From NCBI GenBank assembly GCA_964016885.1, contig OZ024760.1, positions 9,114,001 through 9,178,000 on the forward strand: a DNA stretch of 64,000 nucleotides, read 5' to 3'. A program made the translations under genes and the position numbers. Under the pieces are notes generated by a model. The model did no database searches and was not told the DNA's origin. It saw only the letters and a list, made by a program, of their open reading frames with translations. This document shows, piece by piece, positions 1 through 12,345 of this stretch (position 1 is its first letter; each line of letters begins with the position of its first letter). This stretch comes from Eledone cirrhosa. Lineage: Eukaryota.

Positions 1-243
1 TATATAATTACATAAATATATAGCTAGGTAAATATATACCCAGGTTAATATATATAGCTTGCTATATATATATAATTACATAAATATATAGCTAGGTAAA
101 TATATACCCAGGTTAATATATATAGCTTGGTATATATATAATTACATAAATATATAGCTAGGTAAATATATACCCAGGTTAATATATATAGCTTGGTATA
201 TATATATAATTACATAAATATATAGCTAGGTAAATATATACCC
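1..243. repeat. AT-rich tandem repeat, ~66-68 bp unit, ~3.5 copies (cut by window edge)
   Basis: taattacataaatatatagctaggtaaatatatacccaggtt recurs at 5, 73 and 139; a fourth copy at 207 is truncated after ...tataccc. Confidence 0.9.
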
Positions 244-353
244 ACAATTAATTAAAATTAATTACTTGACAACAGTTTAACCATTCCCATTATCCACTCG
301 ATGTTGAGATGGCATCAGCTCAGCCATCAGACAGTAACTCATTACAATATATA

Positions 354-2086
354 TGTAAAGTGGTCTGGAGGTGTCACAACAAAGCACCCAGTCCACACTG
401 TAAAGTGGTCGTGTAGGTGTCACAACAAAGCACCCAGTCCACACTGTAAAGTGGTCGTGTAGGTGTCACAACAAAGCACCCAGTCCACACTGTAAAGTGG
501 TCGTGTAGGTGTCACAACAAAGCACCCAGTCCACACTGTAAAGTGGTCGTGTAGGTGTCACAACAAAGCACCCAGCACACAGTGTAAAGTGGTCTGGAGG
601 TGTCACAACAAAAAGCACCCAGTCCACACTGTAAAGTGGTCGTGTAGGTGTCACAACAAAGCACCCAGCACACACTGTAAAGTGGTCTGGAGGTGTCACA
701 ACAAAAAGCACCCAGTCCACACTGTAAAGTGGTCGTGTAGGTGTCACAAAAAAGCACCCAGTCCACACTGTAAAGTGGTCGTGTAGGTGTCACAACAAAG
801 CACCCAGTCCACACTGTAAAGTGGTCGTGTAGGTGTCACAACAAAGCACCCAGTCCACACTGTAAAGTGGTCTGGAGGTGTCACAACAAAAAGCACCCAG
901 TCCACACTGTAAAGTGGTCTGGAGGTGTCACAACAAAGCACCCAGTCCACACTGTAAAGTGGTCGTGTAGGTGTCACAACAAAGCACCCAGCCCACACTG
1001 TAAAGTGGTCGTGTAGGTGTCACAACAAAGCACCCAGTCCACACTGTAAAGTGGTCGTGTAGGTGTCACAACAAAGCACCCAGTCCACACTGTAAAGTGG
1101 TCGTGTAGGTGTCACAACAAAGCACCCAGTCCACACTGTAAAGTGGTCGTGTAGGTGTCACAACAAAGCACCCAGTCCACACTGTAAAGTGGTCGTGTAG
1201 GTGTCACAACAAAAAGCACCCAGTCCACACTGTAAAGTGGTCGTGTAGGTGTCACAACAAAAAGCACCCAGTCCACACTGTAAAGTGGTCGTGTAGGTGT
1301 CACAACAAAAAGCACCCAGTCCACACTGTAAAGTGGTCTGGAGGTGTCACAACAAAGCACCCAGTCCACACTGTAAAGTGGTCGTGTAGGTGTCACAAGA
1401 AAAAGCACCCAGTCCACACTGTAAAGTGGTCATGTAGGTGTCACAACAAAGCACCCAGTCCACACTGTAAAGTGGTCGTGTAGGTGTCACAACAAAGCAC
1501 CCAGTCCACACTGTAAAGTGGTCGTGTAGGTGTCACAACAAAGCACCCAGTCCACACTGTAAAGTGGTCGTGTAGGTGTCACAACAAAGCACCCAGTCCA
1601 CACTGTAAAGTGGTCGTGTAGGTGTCACAACAAAGCACCCAGTCCACACTGTAAAGTGGTCGTGTAGGTGTCACAACAAAGCACCCAGTCCACACTGTAA
1701 AGTGGTCGTGTAGGTGTCACAACAAAAAGCACCCAGTCCACACTGTAAAGTGGTCGTGTAGGTGTCACAGCAAAAAGCACCCAGTCCACACTGTAAAGTG
1801 GTTGTGTAGGTGTCACAGCAAAAAGCACCCAGTCCACACTGTAAAGTGGTCGTGTAGGTGTCACAGCAAAAAGCACCCAGTCCACACTGTAAAGTGGTCG
1901 TGTAGGTGTCACAGCAAAAAGCACCCAGTCCACACTGTAAAGTGGTCGTGTAGGTGTCACAGCAAAAAGCACCCAGTCCACACTGTAAAGTGGTCGTGTA
2001 GGTGTCACAACAAAAAGCACCCAGTACTCACTGTAAAGTGGTCGTGTAGGTGTCACGGAAAAAAAGCACCCAGCACTCACTGTAAA
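354..2086 (+). repeat. Tandem array, 45-48 bp unit (tgtaaagtggtcgtgtaggtgtcacaacaaagcacccagtccacac), ~37 copies, derived from an RTE 3' UTR / SINE-tail motif
   Basis: Direct periodicity; the last unit runs into the ggagggcatccagctgtagaaac...gacgttaaa(tga)n tail; the same motif occurs 1-3 times in dispersed elements elsewhere in the window. Confidence 0.95.
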
Positions 2087-2254
2087 TGAGGGTGGTGCTA
2101 GGGAGGGCATCCAGCTGTAGAAACCAAGCCCAAATCAGTTCTGTATGAGCAAGACATGGTCACCTGACCTAACATTGCTCACAACAGGATAACTTGTCTA
2201 ACCCATGCCAGAGTGGAAAAATTGACGTTAAATGGTGATAATGATGATGATGAT
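2040..2254 (+). mobile_element. 3' end of RTE-LINE-related element (3' UTR with (GAT)n tail)
   Basis: Matches 55680-55852 (+) and 56592-56760 (-), which follow RTE C-terminal coding sequence. Confidence 0.75.
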
Positions 2255-2735
2255 CATCATCATCATCATGTATGTAAGTAAGCGCGTGTGTGGGCGTGTG
2301 TTTGTCTCTGCTTCTTACTCTCACTCACACTCACTCACAAAAGCAATGCTATATATTTACACCTAAACAAAGGTACTACCAACCAGCAGTTAGATGTGTA
2401 TCTTACTTAAAACAGATGGTGATGATGATGATGATGGTTTTTAATTGAAGTGTCAATGATCTTAATGAGTCAAGTTTCTAATTAAAGGTAAACAATACTC
2501 AACATGTATCTAGTGATGAATATATCCGAGGTGAGAACCAGTTTTAACTTCCCACAATTAAAATAATAAAATATTTCTCATTATAAACAAACTCAACAAA
2601 AACAAAAGCTAAGGAGAAGTAGCGGCTCTACCTGGAGTGACTCTCTGAGTAACTTTACTCCAAAAACCCTTCAGAGGAACCCTATTTTGGCTGCTTGTAT
2701 AATGATCAAAATATGTTGTGTACCTTACACCTTAA

Positions 2736-3188
2736 CCCTTTAGCATTCAAACCGGCCGTATCCGGCCAGAAATTTCTCCTCTTTCTGTTCAAACCAGTTG
2801 AAACTGGCCGCTTATACTGATGTTAAGGTATTGTTCTCAAAATAAATAATATCAAAATCTCATAGGTTCGATATTATGTGAGATAATTATGTAAGGTAAA
2901 GTGTTTACTACAAAAATACAATAGTATATATAGAGGAAGGCGCGTGGCTGAGTGGTTAGAGAATTGGATTCGCAATCGTAAGGTTGTGAGTTAGATTCCT
3001 GGACCAGGCGATGCGTTATGTCCTTGAGCAAGACACTTTATTTCACGTTGCTCCTTCTACCTGGAGTTGCGACCGATAGATAGTATTAGCAATTGGAAAG
3101 ACCAACGGAAACATTGTTCCCTCGGTCTGATTTGACGAAAGTCGATCGTTCCTTAAAAAATATATAGAGTAATGTGAATGCTAAAGGG
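2736..3188 (+). mobile_element. piggyBac-like MITE (TTAA TSD, TIR CCCTTTAGCATT) containing a nested SINE
   Basis: TTAA at 2732-2735 + CCCTTTAGCATT ... AATGCTAAAGGG + TTAA at 3189-3192; related copies at 11293, 57590, 58101, 62526. Confidence 0.85.
2936..3160 (+). mobile_element. tRNA-derived SINE inserted in the MITE
   Basis: A box tggctgagtgg, B-box-like gagttagattcc, central ccttgagcaagacacttt, A-rich end; target duplication atatatagag at 2926-2935 and 3160-3169. Confidence 0.8.
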
Positions 3189-3192
3189 TTAA

Positions 3193-3350
3193 AGGCTTTA
3201 TCTCACATAATATCAAATCTACAAGATTTTGATGTTATTTATTTTGAGAACAATACCTTAAAATCAGTATGAGTGGCTGGTTATGGCCGGTTTGAACAGA
3301 AAGAAGTGAGAGAGTTCTGGCCGGATATGGCTGGTTTAAATGCTGAAGCG
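3193..3350 (-). mobile_element. Partial copy of the same TTAA MITE, inverted
   Basis: Reverse complement of 2736-2900; ends aatgctgaagcg followed by TTAA. Confidence 0.75.
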
Positions 3351-3498
3351 TTAAGGATACTCATGTCAGTGGAATGTTTAGCAACTTCCCCATTAATTTC
3401 ATGAGCAGACTGTTCCATTGAATCAACTAGAACACAGATTATCAGATCCAACACACCCAAAACCTTTATTGTATAAAAAACAGTATCTTCCCTAATAC

Positions 3499-4405
3499 AA
3501 CAACTCCCATATTTCCAGACACAACCACTTCAATTTCCAGACATAACCACTTCCATATTTCCAGGCACAACCACTTCAATTGCCAGACATAACCACTTCC
3601 ATATTTCCAGGCACAACCACTTCAATTGCCAGACATAACCACTTCCATATTTCCAGGCACAACCACTTCAATTGCCAGACATAACCACTTCCATATTTCC
3701 AGGCACAACCACTTCAATTTCCAGACATAACCACTCCCATATTTCCAGGCACAACCACTTCAATTTCCAGACATAACCACTTCCATATTTCCAGGCACAA
3801 CCACTTCAATTGCCAGACATAACCACTTCCATATTTCCAGACATAACCACTTCCATATTTCCAGACACAACCACTTCAATTTCCAGACATAACCACTCCC
3901 ATATTTCCAGACATAACCACTTCCATATTTCCAGACATAACCACTTCCATATTTCCAGGCACAACCACTTCAATTTCCAGACATAACCACTCCCATATTT
4001 CCAGGCACAACCACTTCAATTTCCAGACATAACCACTTCCATATTTCCAGGCACAACCACTTCAATTGCCAGACATAACCACTTCCATATTTCCAGACAT
4101 AACCACTCCCATATTTCCAGACACAACCACTTCAATTTCCAGACATAACCACTTCCATATTTCCAGGCACAACCACTTCAATTTCCAGACATAACCACTT
4201 CCATATTTCCAGACACAACCACTTCCATATTTCCAGGCATAACCACTCCCATATTTCCAGACACAACCACTACCAAATTTCCAGAAACAACCACTTCCAT
4301 GTTTCCAGACATAACCACTTCCATATTTTCTGACATAAGCACTTCCATTGCCAGATACAACCACTTCCATATTTCCAGACACAACCACTTACCTATTTCC
4401 AGACA
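3499..4405. repeat. Minisatellite of 24-bp and 21-bp variants (ccatatttccagacataaccactt / caatttccagacataaccactt-type), often a 45-bp dimer
   Basis: Direct periodicity with degenerate units at the right end. Confidence 0.9.
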
Positions 4406-4527
4406 AATTACCTTCACTGATGCCAACCATTTCTATATTTTCAGGCATATGGAGAAAATTGATGAAAAACTTAAGACTGACTATATAATCCATTCTGCTC
4501 CAAAATCAGAAAATATCTGGATTGATA

Positions 4528-4682
4528 GTGGTAACAAAGGCTCTGGCTGTCTTGTATTGTAAGACAGTGGTAACTAAGGTTTGGGCTGTCTTGTATTGTA
4601 AGACAGTGGTAACTAAGGCTCTGGCTGTCTTGTATTGTAAGACAGTGGTAACTAAGGCTCGGGCTGCCTTGTATTGTAAGAC
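4528..4682. repeat. 39-bp tandem repeat, 4 copies
   Basis: gtggtaactaaggctctggctgtcttgtattgtaagaca-type unit at 4528, 4567, 4606, 4645. Confidence 0.9.
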
Positions 4683-4989
4683 CAGATACTTCTAGTGAAA
4701 TTACATTGAACATTCATTTAGCAAAATATAATTGTCTCATTTATAAGATTTATTGTAAGTTTAATTTAAATATAAGAAGTTATTTTTTTAATTTGTTGTG
4801 GTGAACACCCCTTTAGGATTAAAGAAATGGACTTGGCGGAGTATTATGAATAAGCAACATGTCTCATTATCAGGATTTCAGTTGGAGTCTCGCTTGAAAG
4901 TCTTACTTTTTGTAGTTGGAATTTATGGCTGAGAAAAAATTGTTACTACCACGACATTGGAAAAAATATAACGAGTTCCAAGGGTTATA

Positions 4990-5275
4990 AAAGTGGCGAC
5001 AAAGATGAGATCAGAAGAAAAAATATGTGTTGCTAGATGTAACACAGATTCAAACTCATATTTGATATGTGATGATGTGCTTGTGTATGCACAGAGAGTC
5101 GTTATGCCTGTTTCACTACAAAAACAAATATTAAATGATTTCTTCACTCGACATCCAGGAATATCTAGGATGTTATGTTTACTGTCCAAAAATGGACCTG
5201 GATATCGAGAAGTTAATAAAATCTTGCAGTGGCTGTGCTCTTGCAATGAAATCACCACAAAAGAAGATAAAGAAG
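4990..5275 (+). pseudogene. Ty3/Gypsy LTR-retrotransposon pol fragment (integrase Zn-binding H2C2 domain), frameshifted
   Basis: RVVMPVSLQKQILNDFFTRHPGISRM in one frame, YVYCPKMDLDIEKLIKSCSGC in another; resembles the Gypsy pattern RVVIP..L...IL..LH.GHPGI.RM...ARSYVYWP.MD.DIE..VK.C..C. Confidence 0.8.
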
Positions 5276-6157
5276 TGTAATGCCATCCAACACAAGTTTC
5301 TCTTTACACTTTTTCTGTCACCTGATTTATTCAACTATTATTATAGTTATCCACACTGTGGTGACTATATTACAACAGATTACCTTTGCATGTTTCTGAG
5401 ATTACTGTCTCTTGACATAAAGCTGTTCTGCGTAAAGTTGGAATAATATAAAGTGTGTTATAAAGTGTCTTTTCACAGGGAAGCTTGTAATTCAAAAACT
5501 GGAATTATATCTTCATTAAACTTATCTGAAATCTTATACTATCAGTATAAATATTTATTATTTAAAGAATAACTGTTTAGTAAATATAGTTTTTGCGTCA
5601 CATAGACGTCTTTATTGTAGCTGTTCCTCTTGTGTTAATATTTTTTAAAAAGGCATGAACTTCACAGCACATCGCTTTACACTTTAATGTCATTTGTTTT
5701 GTATTTTTCACAAGTTACTCTAGCAAAGAAGGGCAATTATTATCATAATCACAGTCTCTTTCCAAATAGGTGTGGTTGATGTGATTGGCGTACAGTCTCT
5801 CTACCATACAGGTGTAAGAGATGTAGTCTCTCTACCACACAGGTCTGACAGATGTGACTTAAGGCCTAAAAGAATAACATAGCAAGGGAGAGTACTGAGG
5901 TTTCTTGTTCAAGTTTCTACAGCAATGTTCCTCAAAGTGGTTTCTGGGGAAGCTGTCACTTCCAGGAAATAAGGTGACTTATTTATATAAATATTTAAAT
6001 AAATGTTTAAAAACATTATTTAAATACAAATTTGTGTTTCTTTGTTTTTATAACTGAATAAATTATTTAAATAAATTGTAATAAAATGTGTTTTTATAGA
6101 TATTATATTTTTATATGAATGAATAAATTATCTTTGTAAATATATATATATATATAT

Positions 6158-6370
6158 ATCCAAAATTAAGATAAAATTAAATGAATTTAATCCAAATCAA
6201 AATTATGGGTGTCATGCCATAACGGCGTGCGCCATACCGCCCGGAAGATAAGCTCAAAGATTCTATCGAGTAGGTCCGAGCATTTTATAATAACTAGAAA
6301 TTGATTAACATATATATAAACATGAATAATCACAGGAGATAATTTTTACAAGCGTGTAACTAGAGTGTAA
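6158..6370. mobile_element. Dispersed repeat abutting (TA)n; second copy at 12342-12540
   Basis: atccaaaattaagataaa...gagtaggtccgagcattttataataactag...gataatttttacaag is shared by both copies. Confidence 0.7.
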
Positions 6371-6444
6371 TTAGAGTCCGTTCTTTAACACATGTTTCAG
6401 TACAACATTAGTCTACAAGTGGTGATTGCATATTATTATTATGC

Positions 6445-6537
6445 TCATCTGAGTTCAAATCCCGTCGAGGTTAACTTTGCCTTTCATCCTTACGGGGTCG
6501 ATAAAATAAAGTACCAGTAATACACTGGGTAATTGCT
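6445..6537 (+). mobile_element. SINE fragment (family also at 58665-59090)
   Basis: B box gagttcaaatccc, then gaggttaactttgcctttcatccttacggggtcgataaaataaagtaccag. Confidence 0.7.
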
Positions 6538-6719
6538 CGTAGATAGAGAGAACAAATAAGGTTGGTGGTATTCTCAGTTGTAGTTGAGTGGTCAGCTACA
6601 CACACCCTGCAACTACTCAGTGCTGTCGGTATGTTCTGAAAGTTAGAAAGGAGCAGTCACTCAAAGCAAAAACATACACTTTTTTTTTAGTCCACTCCAT
6701 TCCACCCAAAATTGCCTTT

Positions 6720-7639
6720 GGGAGAGAGATAGGACAGTGATCTAGTCATACTAGCAGGTGACTTCAATGGTCATGTTGGACAGCTCCAGGATTGATACAC
6801 TGGGGTACATGGTAGTCATGGTTATGGCTCAAGAAACGAAGAAGTGAGGCTTCTTGAATTTTGTGATGCAAGTGAATTAACCATTTGCAACACTAACTTC
6901 AGGAAACCTGCCAATCACTTAATAACCTACCAATCAGGCAAGTACATAAGCCAGATTGACTTCTTACTAGTTAGGCAACAAGACAGACATTGTTTTGAAT
7001 ACCCTGGGGAAGAATGTACCCCACAACATAAGTTAGTCATTAGTAACATCTCAATAAGCAAGAGACAGAGCAAGGTATGGAAAAGGAAGGTCTGGAAGCT
7101 AAAGGACCTTTCACTTCAATATAAATTTAGGAAAGCCCTTCAAGATGTGTATGATGAGAAAGAAGACGAATTAGAATTATATGACATAGAAGATAACTGG
7201 AAGTTCTTACGAGACAACCTACAGCACGCAACTGAAGAGACTTGTGGCTGGACCAAAGCTCCAACCAGACAGAGGGTGACTTGGTGGTGGAACAGCACGG
7301 TAGATAGAGCCATTAAAGACAAAAGACAAGCATGGAAGGATTGGAAAAATGGGGGTGGGGGGTTGAGACCGATGCTCAGCAACTAAAAAGTTATGGCCAT
7401 GTGATGCGCATGGAAGATGACTGCTGGGTGAAGAAGTGCCAAAAAATCCCGGTGGAAAGAAGACGCAGTAGAGGTAGATCACGAAAAACATGGGCGGAGG
7501 TGGTGAGAGCTGACCTCAGATTGCTGAAGCTCACAGAGGAGATGATGAGGGACCGTGACGAATGGGGAGATGCTGTGCTGAAGAGGACCCATCCCACCCT
7601 TGCAAGCAGGGAAAAGTGGACGTAAAATGATGATGATAA

Positions 7640-7640
<1 letters not shown>
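6720..7640 (+). mobile_element. Internally deleted RTE-clade LINE: AP-endonuclease C-terminus joined to the ORF C-terminus, short 3' UTR and (TGA)n tail
   Basis: ILAGDFNGHVG, RLLEFCDASELTICNTNFRK, SQIDFLLVR, ECTPQHKLV, TWWWN; then YGHVMRM...RGRSRKTWAEVVRADL...DRDEW; ends cccacccttgcaagcagggaaaagtggacgtaaaatgatgatgat. Confidence 0.85.
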
Positions 7641-7677
<37 letters not shown>

Positions 7678-7680
<3 letters not shown>

Positions 7681-7810
7681 CTAGATGAGATGCAGTTTGG
7701 GTTTGTGCCAGGTAAAAGCACCACTGATGCTCTCTTCCTTGTGAGTTAGTTACAGGAAAAGTAAGCTGCTCTACCTGGCATTTGTCGATATAGAAAGAGC
7801 CTTTGACAGA
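7678..7810 (+). pseudogene. RTE reverse-transcriptase fragment
   Basis: LDEMQFGFVPGKSTTDALFLV and LYLAFVDIERAFDR, with stops and an indel between them. Confidence 0.8.
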
Positions 7811-8630
7811 CTACTTTCTTTAACATAGGTTGTGACTTCTGCTAAAATTCTTAAGCCATGGAACTCAGTAGATGTGTATGTATGTAACTAAAGTGTAACA
7901 TACATTACAAATGGACAAAACACAGAATTATAACAAGATGATGACTAAATGGTTTTAACTTTTTTTTTTAACAATTGAAGGTGGAATAGATTTCAAATTC
8001 TCTTAACTCAGGCTGCAACTCATGGTGTCTGACACTCTTACTAGCTAAATAGTCTGGGAGTCTATTTTACTGGGACCAGCTACATAGCCTCTTCCTTTTG
8101 CTGAAGGTGCCAAGTAATAGTCCATCAGTATTATCAGCATAGGTAGTAGTAAAAGCGAAGTGACAAGGAGCTGTGTCAATTTATGTGTTGTCCTTTCAAC
8201 GGGGTCGCAGGTCACTTTTTGTTGGCCATGTCAGTGAAAGAAACCATGGGAAAACATTTCTTTCGCTACACACACACACACACATATATATACATATATA
8301 AAATAGTAAAAACAGTAGAAAATGCTATATATATAGTTGATGATGATGGCAGTGAAGAGGTGGTTGTGTTTGTATGCTTGAGGCTGTGCAGGATAGTGGG
8401 GGGGGGGGGTGTTACTGTTGCTGTTGTTTGTATGTTGATATATATGAGGATGATGATGATGATGATGGAAGAGTATGAAGGGAGGAAGGCAAGGAGGAGG
8501 AAGAGAGGGTGGGGTGTCAGTGGTGGGGTGTCACTGGTGGGGTGTCACTTTTGAAGGAAGTATCGGCACTCAACAGTCATTTAATGACCAATATTAAATA
8601 CATATATTTCTTCATTGACTTCATACTCAA

Positions 8631-8674
8631 GTATATATATATATATACACACATATATATATATATATATACAC

Positions 8675-8731
<57 letters not shown>

Positions 8732-8742
8732 TACATACACAC

Positions 8743-8797
<55 letters not shown>

Positions 8798-8806
8798 TAC
8801 ATACAC

Positions 8807-8847
<41 letters not shown>

Positions 8848-8858
8848 TACATACACAC

Positions 8859-8890
<32 letters not shown>

Positions 8891-9027
8891 GTATGTACAT
8901 ACGTAAATGCAAACCTTCATACGTTCATATGTACATAAATATATACATGCATACACATATGTACGTATATATATATATATAAACACACATATATATACAT
9001 ACACACACACACATATATATATATATA
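8631..9027. repeat. Compound (TA)n/(CA)n/(TACA)n microsatellite
   Basis: Direct inspection. Confidence 0.95.
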
Positions 9028-9368
9028 TCATCATCATCATTTCATTTTACGTCCGCTTTTTCCCTGCTTGCAAGGGTGGGACGGGAACTGATTCTGGCTT
9101 GATTTCTACAGCTGGATGCCCTCCCTAACACCAACCTCATTTACAGTGAGTGCTGGGTGCCTTTTTGCCGTGGCACCTCCACGACCACTTTACAGTGGAA
9201 TGATATGGACCCCAGTCCCTATCATCTCATTTCTACAGCTGAGTAAACTGGAGCAATGTGAAATAAAGTGTCTTGCTCAAGGAAACAACACATCACCCGG
9301 TCTGAGAATTGAACTCACAACCTTTCGATTGCAAGCCCAATGCTTTAACCACTAAGCCGTATGCTTCC
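9028..9368 (-). mobile_element. Full-length tRNA-headed SINE with RTE-derived tail
   Basis: Near-identical reverse complement of 63205-63553; A box tggcttagtgg-type, B box gagttcaattc, (GAT)n tail. Confidence 0.85.
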
Positions 9369-9429
9369 ATATATATATATGTATATATTGTATGTACACC
9401 ATTTATGTGGTGTTTTTATACATCCTACT

Positions 9430-11200
9430 TATGAGGATGCTCGGTGCATTAGAACTGCACCAACCAAGAGAGCAGGTGGGATTCAGGTGAGGATTCTCAA
9501 CAATAGACCACATCCTGGTAGTTAGTCAATTACAAGAGAAGGCTAACGAATATGAACCTTCGTCAACAATGAACAGTCATTTGACTCCATCAAGTTCACC
9601 CCATTATTCACAGCACTGAAGAATCAAGGAGTGGACCCTGCTTACATCACACTACTAAAGGACATTTACAATGGTGCTGCAACCACTCTCAGATTACACC
9701 AAGACAGCGATAAGATCAAGTTAGAAAGAAGAACAAGACAAGGAGACAACATTTCCCTGAGAATGTTTCCATATTGTTTACAAGACGCCATCATCAAGAA
9801 AGTTAACTGGGAGAACAAGGGTATCAACAGAGATGGTGAACTCCCATGCCACCAAGACTTCACAGATGACATCATCCTAACACCCTGTACACCACAAGAA
9901 TTGGAGGAGATGCTCAATGTTATCCACACTGTGAGCCAACCAGTAGGCCTTAACATCCATCTTGGGAAAACCAAGGTCATGTTTAACAGCTACGCTATTA
10001 TTTTAGATGGAAGGACCATCGAGGAAGTAGACAGCCATGTGTACCGTGGAAAGACCATCGAGGAAGTAGACAGCTATGTGTACCGTGGAAAGACCATCGA
10101 GGAAGTAGACAGCTATGTGTACCGTGGAAAGACCATCGAGGAAGTAGACAGCTATGTGTACCGTGGAAAGACCATCGAGGAAGTAGACAGCTATGTGTAC
10201 CGTGGAAAGACCATCGAGGAAGTAGACAGCTATGTGTACCGTGGAAAGACCATCAAGGAAGTAGACAGTTATGTGTACCTTGGAAAGACCATCGAGGAAG
10301 TAGACAGCTATGTGTACCGTGGAATGACCATCGAGAAAATAGACAGTTATGTGTACCGTGGAAAGACCATCAAGGAAGTAGACAGTTATGTGTACCTTGG
10401 AATGACCATCGAGGAAGTAGAAAGTTATGTGTACCATGGAAAGACCATCGAGGAAGTAGACAGCTATGTGTACCGTGGAATGACCATCGAGAAAATAGAC
10501 AGTTATGTGTACCGTGGAAAGACCATCAAGGAAGTAGACAGTTATGTGTACCGTGGAAAGACCATCGAGGAAGTAGAAAGTTATGTGTACCATGGAAAGA
10601 CCATCGAGGAAGTAGACAGCTATGTGTACCGTGGAATGACCATCGAGAAAATAGACAGTTATGTGTACCGTGGAAAGACCATCAAGGAAGTAGACAGTTA
10701 TGTGTACCTTGGAATGACCATCAAGGAAGTAGACAGTTATGTGTACCTTGGAAAGCAGTTTGCAAGAGATGGTGCTCTACTCCAGAGGTAAAAAAAAAGA
10801 TTGTGTTTGACTGGGCAGCTTTTGGAAAAGACATCATTAGAAGTCCCAAGTCAACAATCAAAACCAAAAGAAAGCTGCTTAATGAATATGTTCTGCCAGT
10901 GATGACATATGGAAGTGAGACATGGCCACTCAACATCACCATAGCGGACTCTTGCTGTGGCCCAACATAAAATAGAGCAAATCATACTTGGCACCACCTT
11001 ATGTGGCAGGAAGAACAGCTGGATTTGACAGCAGACTGGTGTGAAGGACATAATCGAGACCACCAAGAGGGCTAAATATAGATGGGCTCTCATTTCAGAG
11101 ACAAGTGGACTATTAGTGACAGAGTGGATTCTAAGGCAGAGGTGAAGAACCAGATGGCACAATATCTCAGCTCCACATGGCTCAATATGTTCAGAGATAG
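9430..11200 (+). mobile_element. Decayed RTE-clade LINE reverse-transcriptase region
   Basis: QPREQVGFR, RQGDNIS, FTDDIIL (degenerate YADD), GLNIHLGKTKVM, IEEVDSYVYLG, VLPVMTYGSETW; stops and frameshifts present. Confidence 0.85.
10009..10749 (+). repeat. 39-bp tandem repeat x19, in frame within the RTE ORF (GKTIEEVDSYVYR)
   Basis: 19 units counted in ORF 9631-10791; units 8-19 show a 4-unit higher-order pattern. Confidence 0.95.
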
Positions 11201-11292
11201 GGTATAAGATGTGTATGGAAGATGACTGCAGGAACTTGTGGAAGAGGCAAACTCAGGAAAACATTCAATGAGGTAATGAAAACTGACCTGAA

Positions 11293-11487
11293 CCCTTTAG
11301 CATTTAAACCAGCCAGAATTCTCTCACCTCTTTCTGTTCAAACTGGCTGTAACTGGCCACTCAAACCATTGTTAAGGTATTGTTCTCAAAATAAATAATA
11401 TGAAAACCTCATAGATTTTATATGTGAGGTAAAGCCTTTACCGTAAAAGTACAATAGTATATATAGAGTAATGTAAATGCTAAAGGG
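11293..11487 (+). mobile_element. TTAA MITE (CCCTTTAGCATT TIR)
   Basis: ccctttagcattt...aaatgctaaaggg + TTAA; left TSD degenerate (tgaa). Confidence 0.8.
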
Positions 11488-11856
11488 TTAAGGAGCTGAA
11501 CTGAGGATAAGAGTGCTTAATACCAAAGTAGAGAATATAGAGTTATATTACTAAGATTGCTCTGTTGTTAGTCTGTGTTCTACAAATTGCTGTTGATCAT
11601 ACAACTGAAAATAGTTGATACCTTACACCGTAAATATAGCAAATATAATGGGTGTGACTAATATAATAATATACTAGATACAACCAAATGTTTTTTTTAT
11701 TGTGCATATATAGATAGATAGATATGCAAATCCTGAATAATATTAGGTGGGGGAAACCATAGTTATTAAAGGGACACAATACATTAGTAGAGTGTAAGCA
11801 TCATTATTTAATATAGAATTAGCTTCTACAGGACTAGAAGCCATTTCTATATTAAA

Positions 11857-11890
<34 letters not shown>

Positions 11891-11893
<3 letters not shown>

Positions 11894-12280
11894 GACCCGC
11901 CTTACCTAAGTACAAAGTAAAACCTACTACAGTCAGTAGGCATCTCTAACAAAATACACCCCCGTCCCACCACCCCCACCCATCCACACCGCCCCTTTCA
12001 ATGTAAAGTTATGTTGGTGCCACAACATCCAGGCCGAAACAAATGAGATCGTGTAGGTGTCACATAAAAAAAAACACACAGTCGACGCTGTAATGTGGCC
12101 GTGTAGGCAACACGGTAAAAACCTCCCAGCCCCACACTGTAAATGTGGTTGGTGTTAGGAAGGGCATCCAGCTGTAGAAAACCCGCCAGATAGTCCTATG
12201 CGAGCAAGATAACCACTCTTGCCTCAAGTGGGAAAACCCTCCGTCCAAACCCATGCAAGCGTGGAACACGGACGTTAAAC

Positions 12281-12313
<33 letters not shown>
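11891..12313 (+). mobile_element. 5'-truncated RTE 3' UTR / SINE-like element inserted in (TA)n
   Basis: Similar copies at 15939-16267 and 54370-54657; ggaagggcatccagc motif; gacgttaaac(gat)n tail. Confidence 0.75.

Positions 12314-12341
<28 letters not shown>

Positions 12342-12345
<4 letters not shown>

Noticed and set aside
9631-10791. 386-aa ORF as an active or domesticated reverse transcriptase
   Set aside because: Degenerate motifs (FTDD, QGDNISL), disrupted upstream and downstream frames, and length inflated by a tandem repeat
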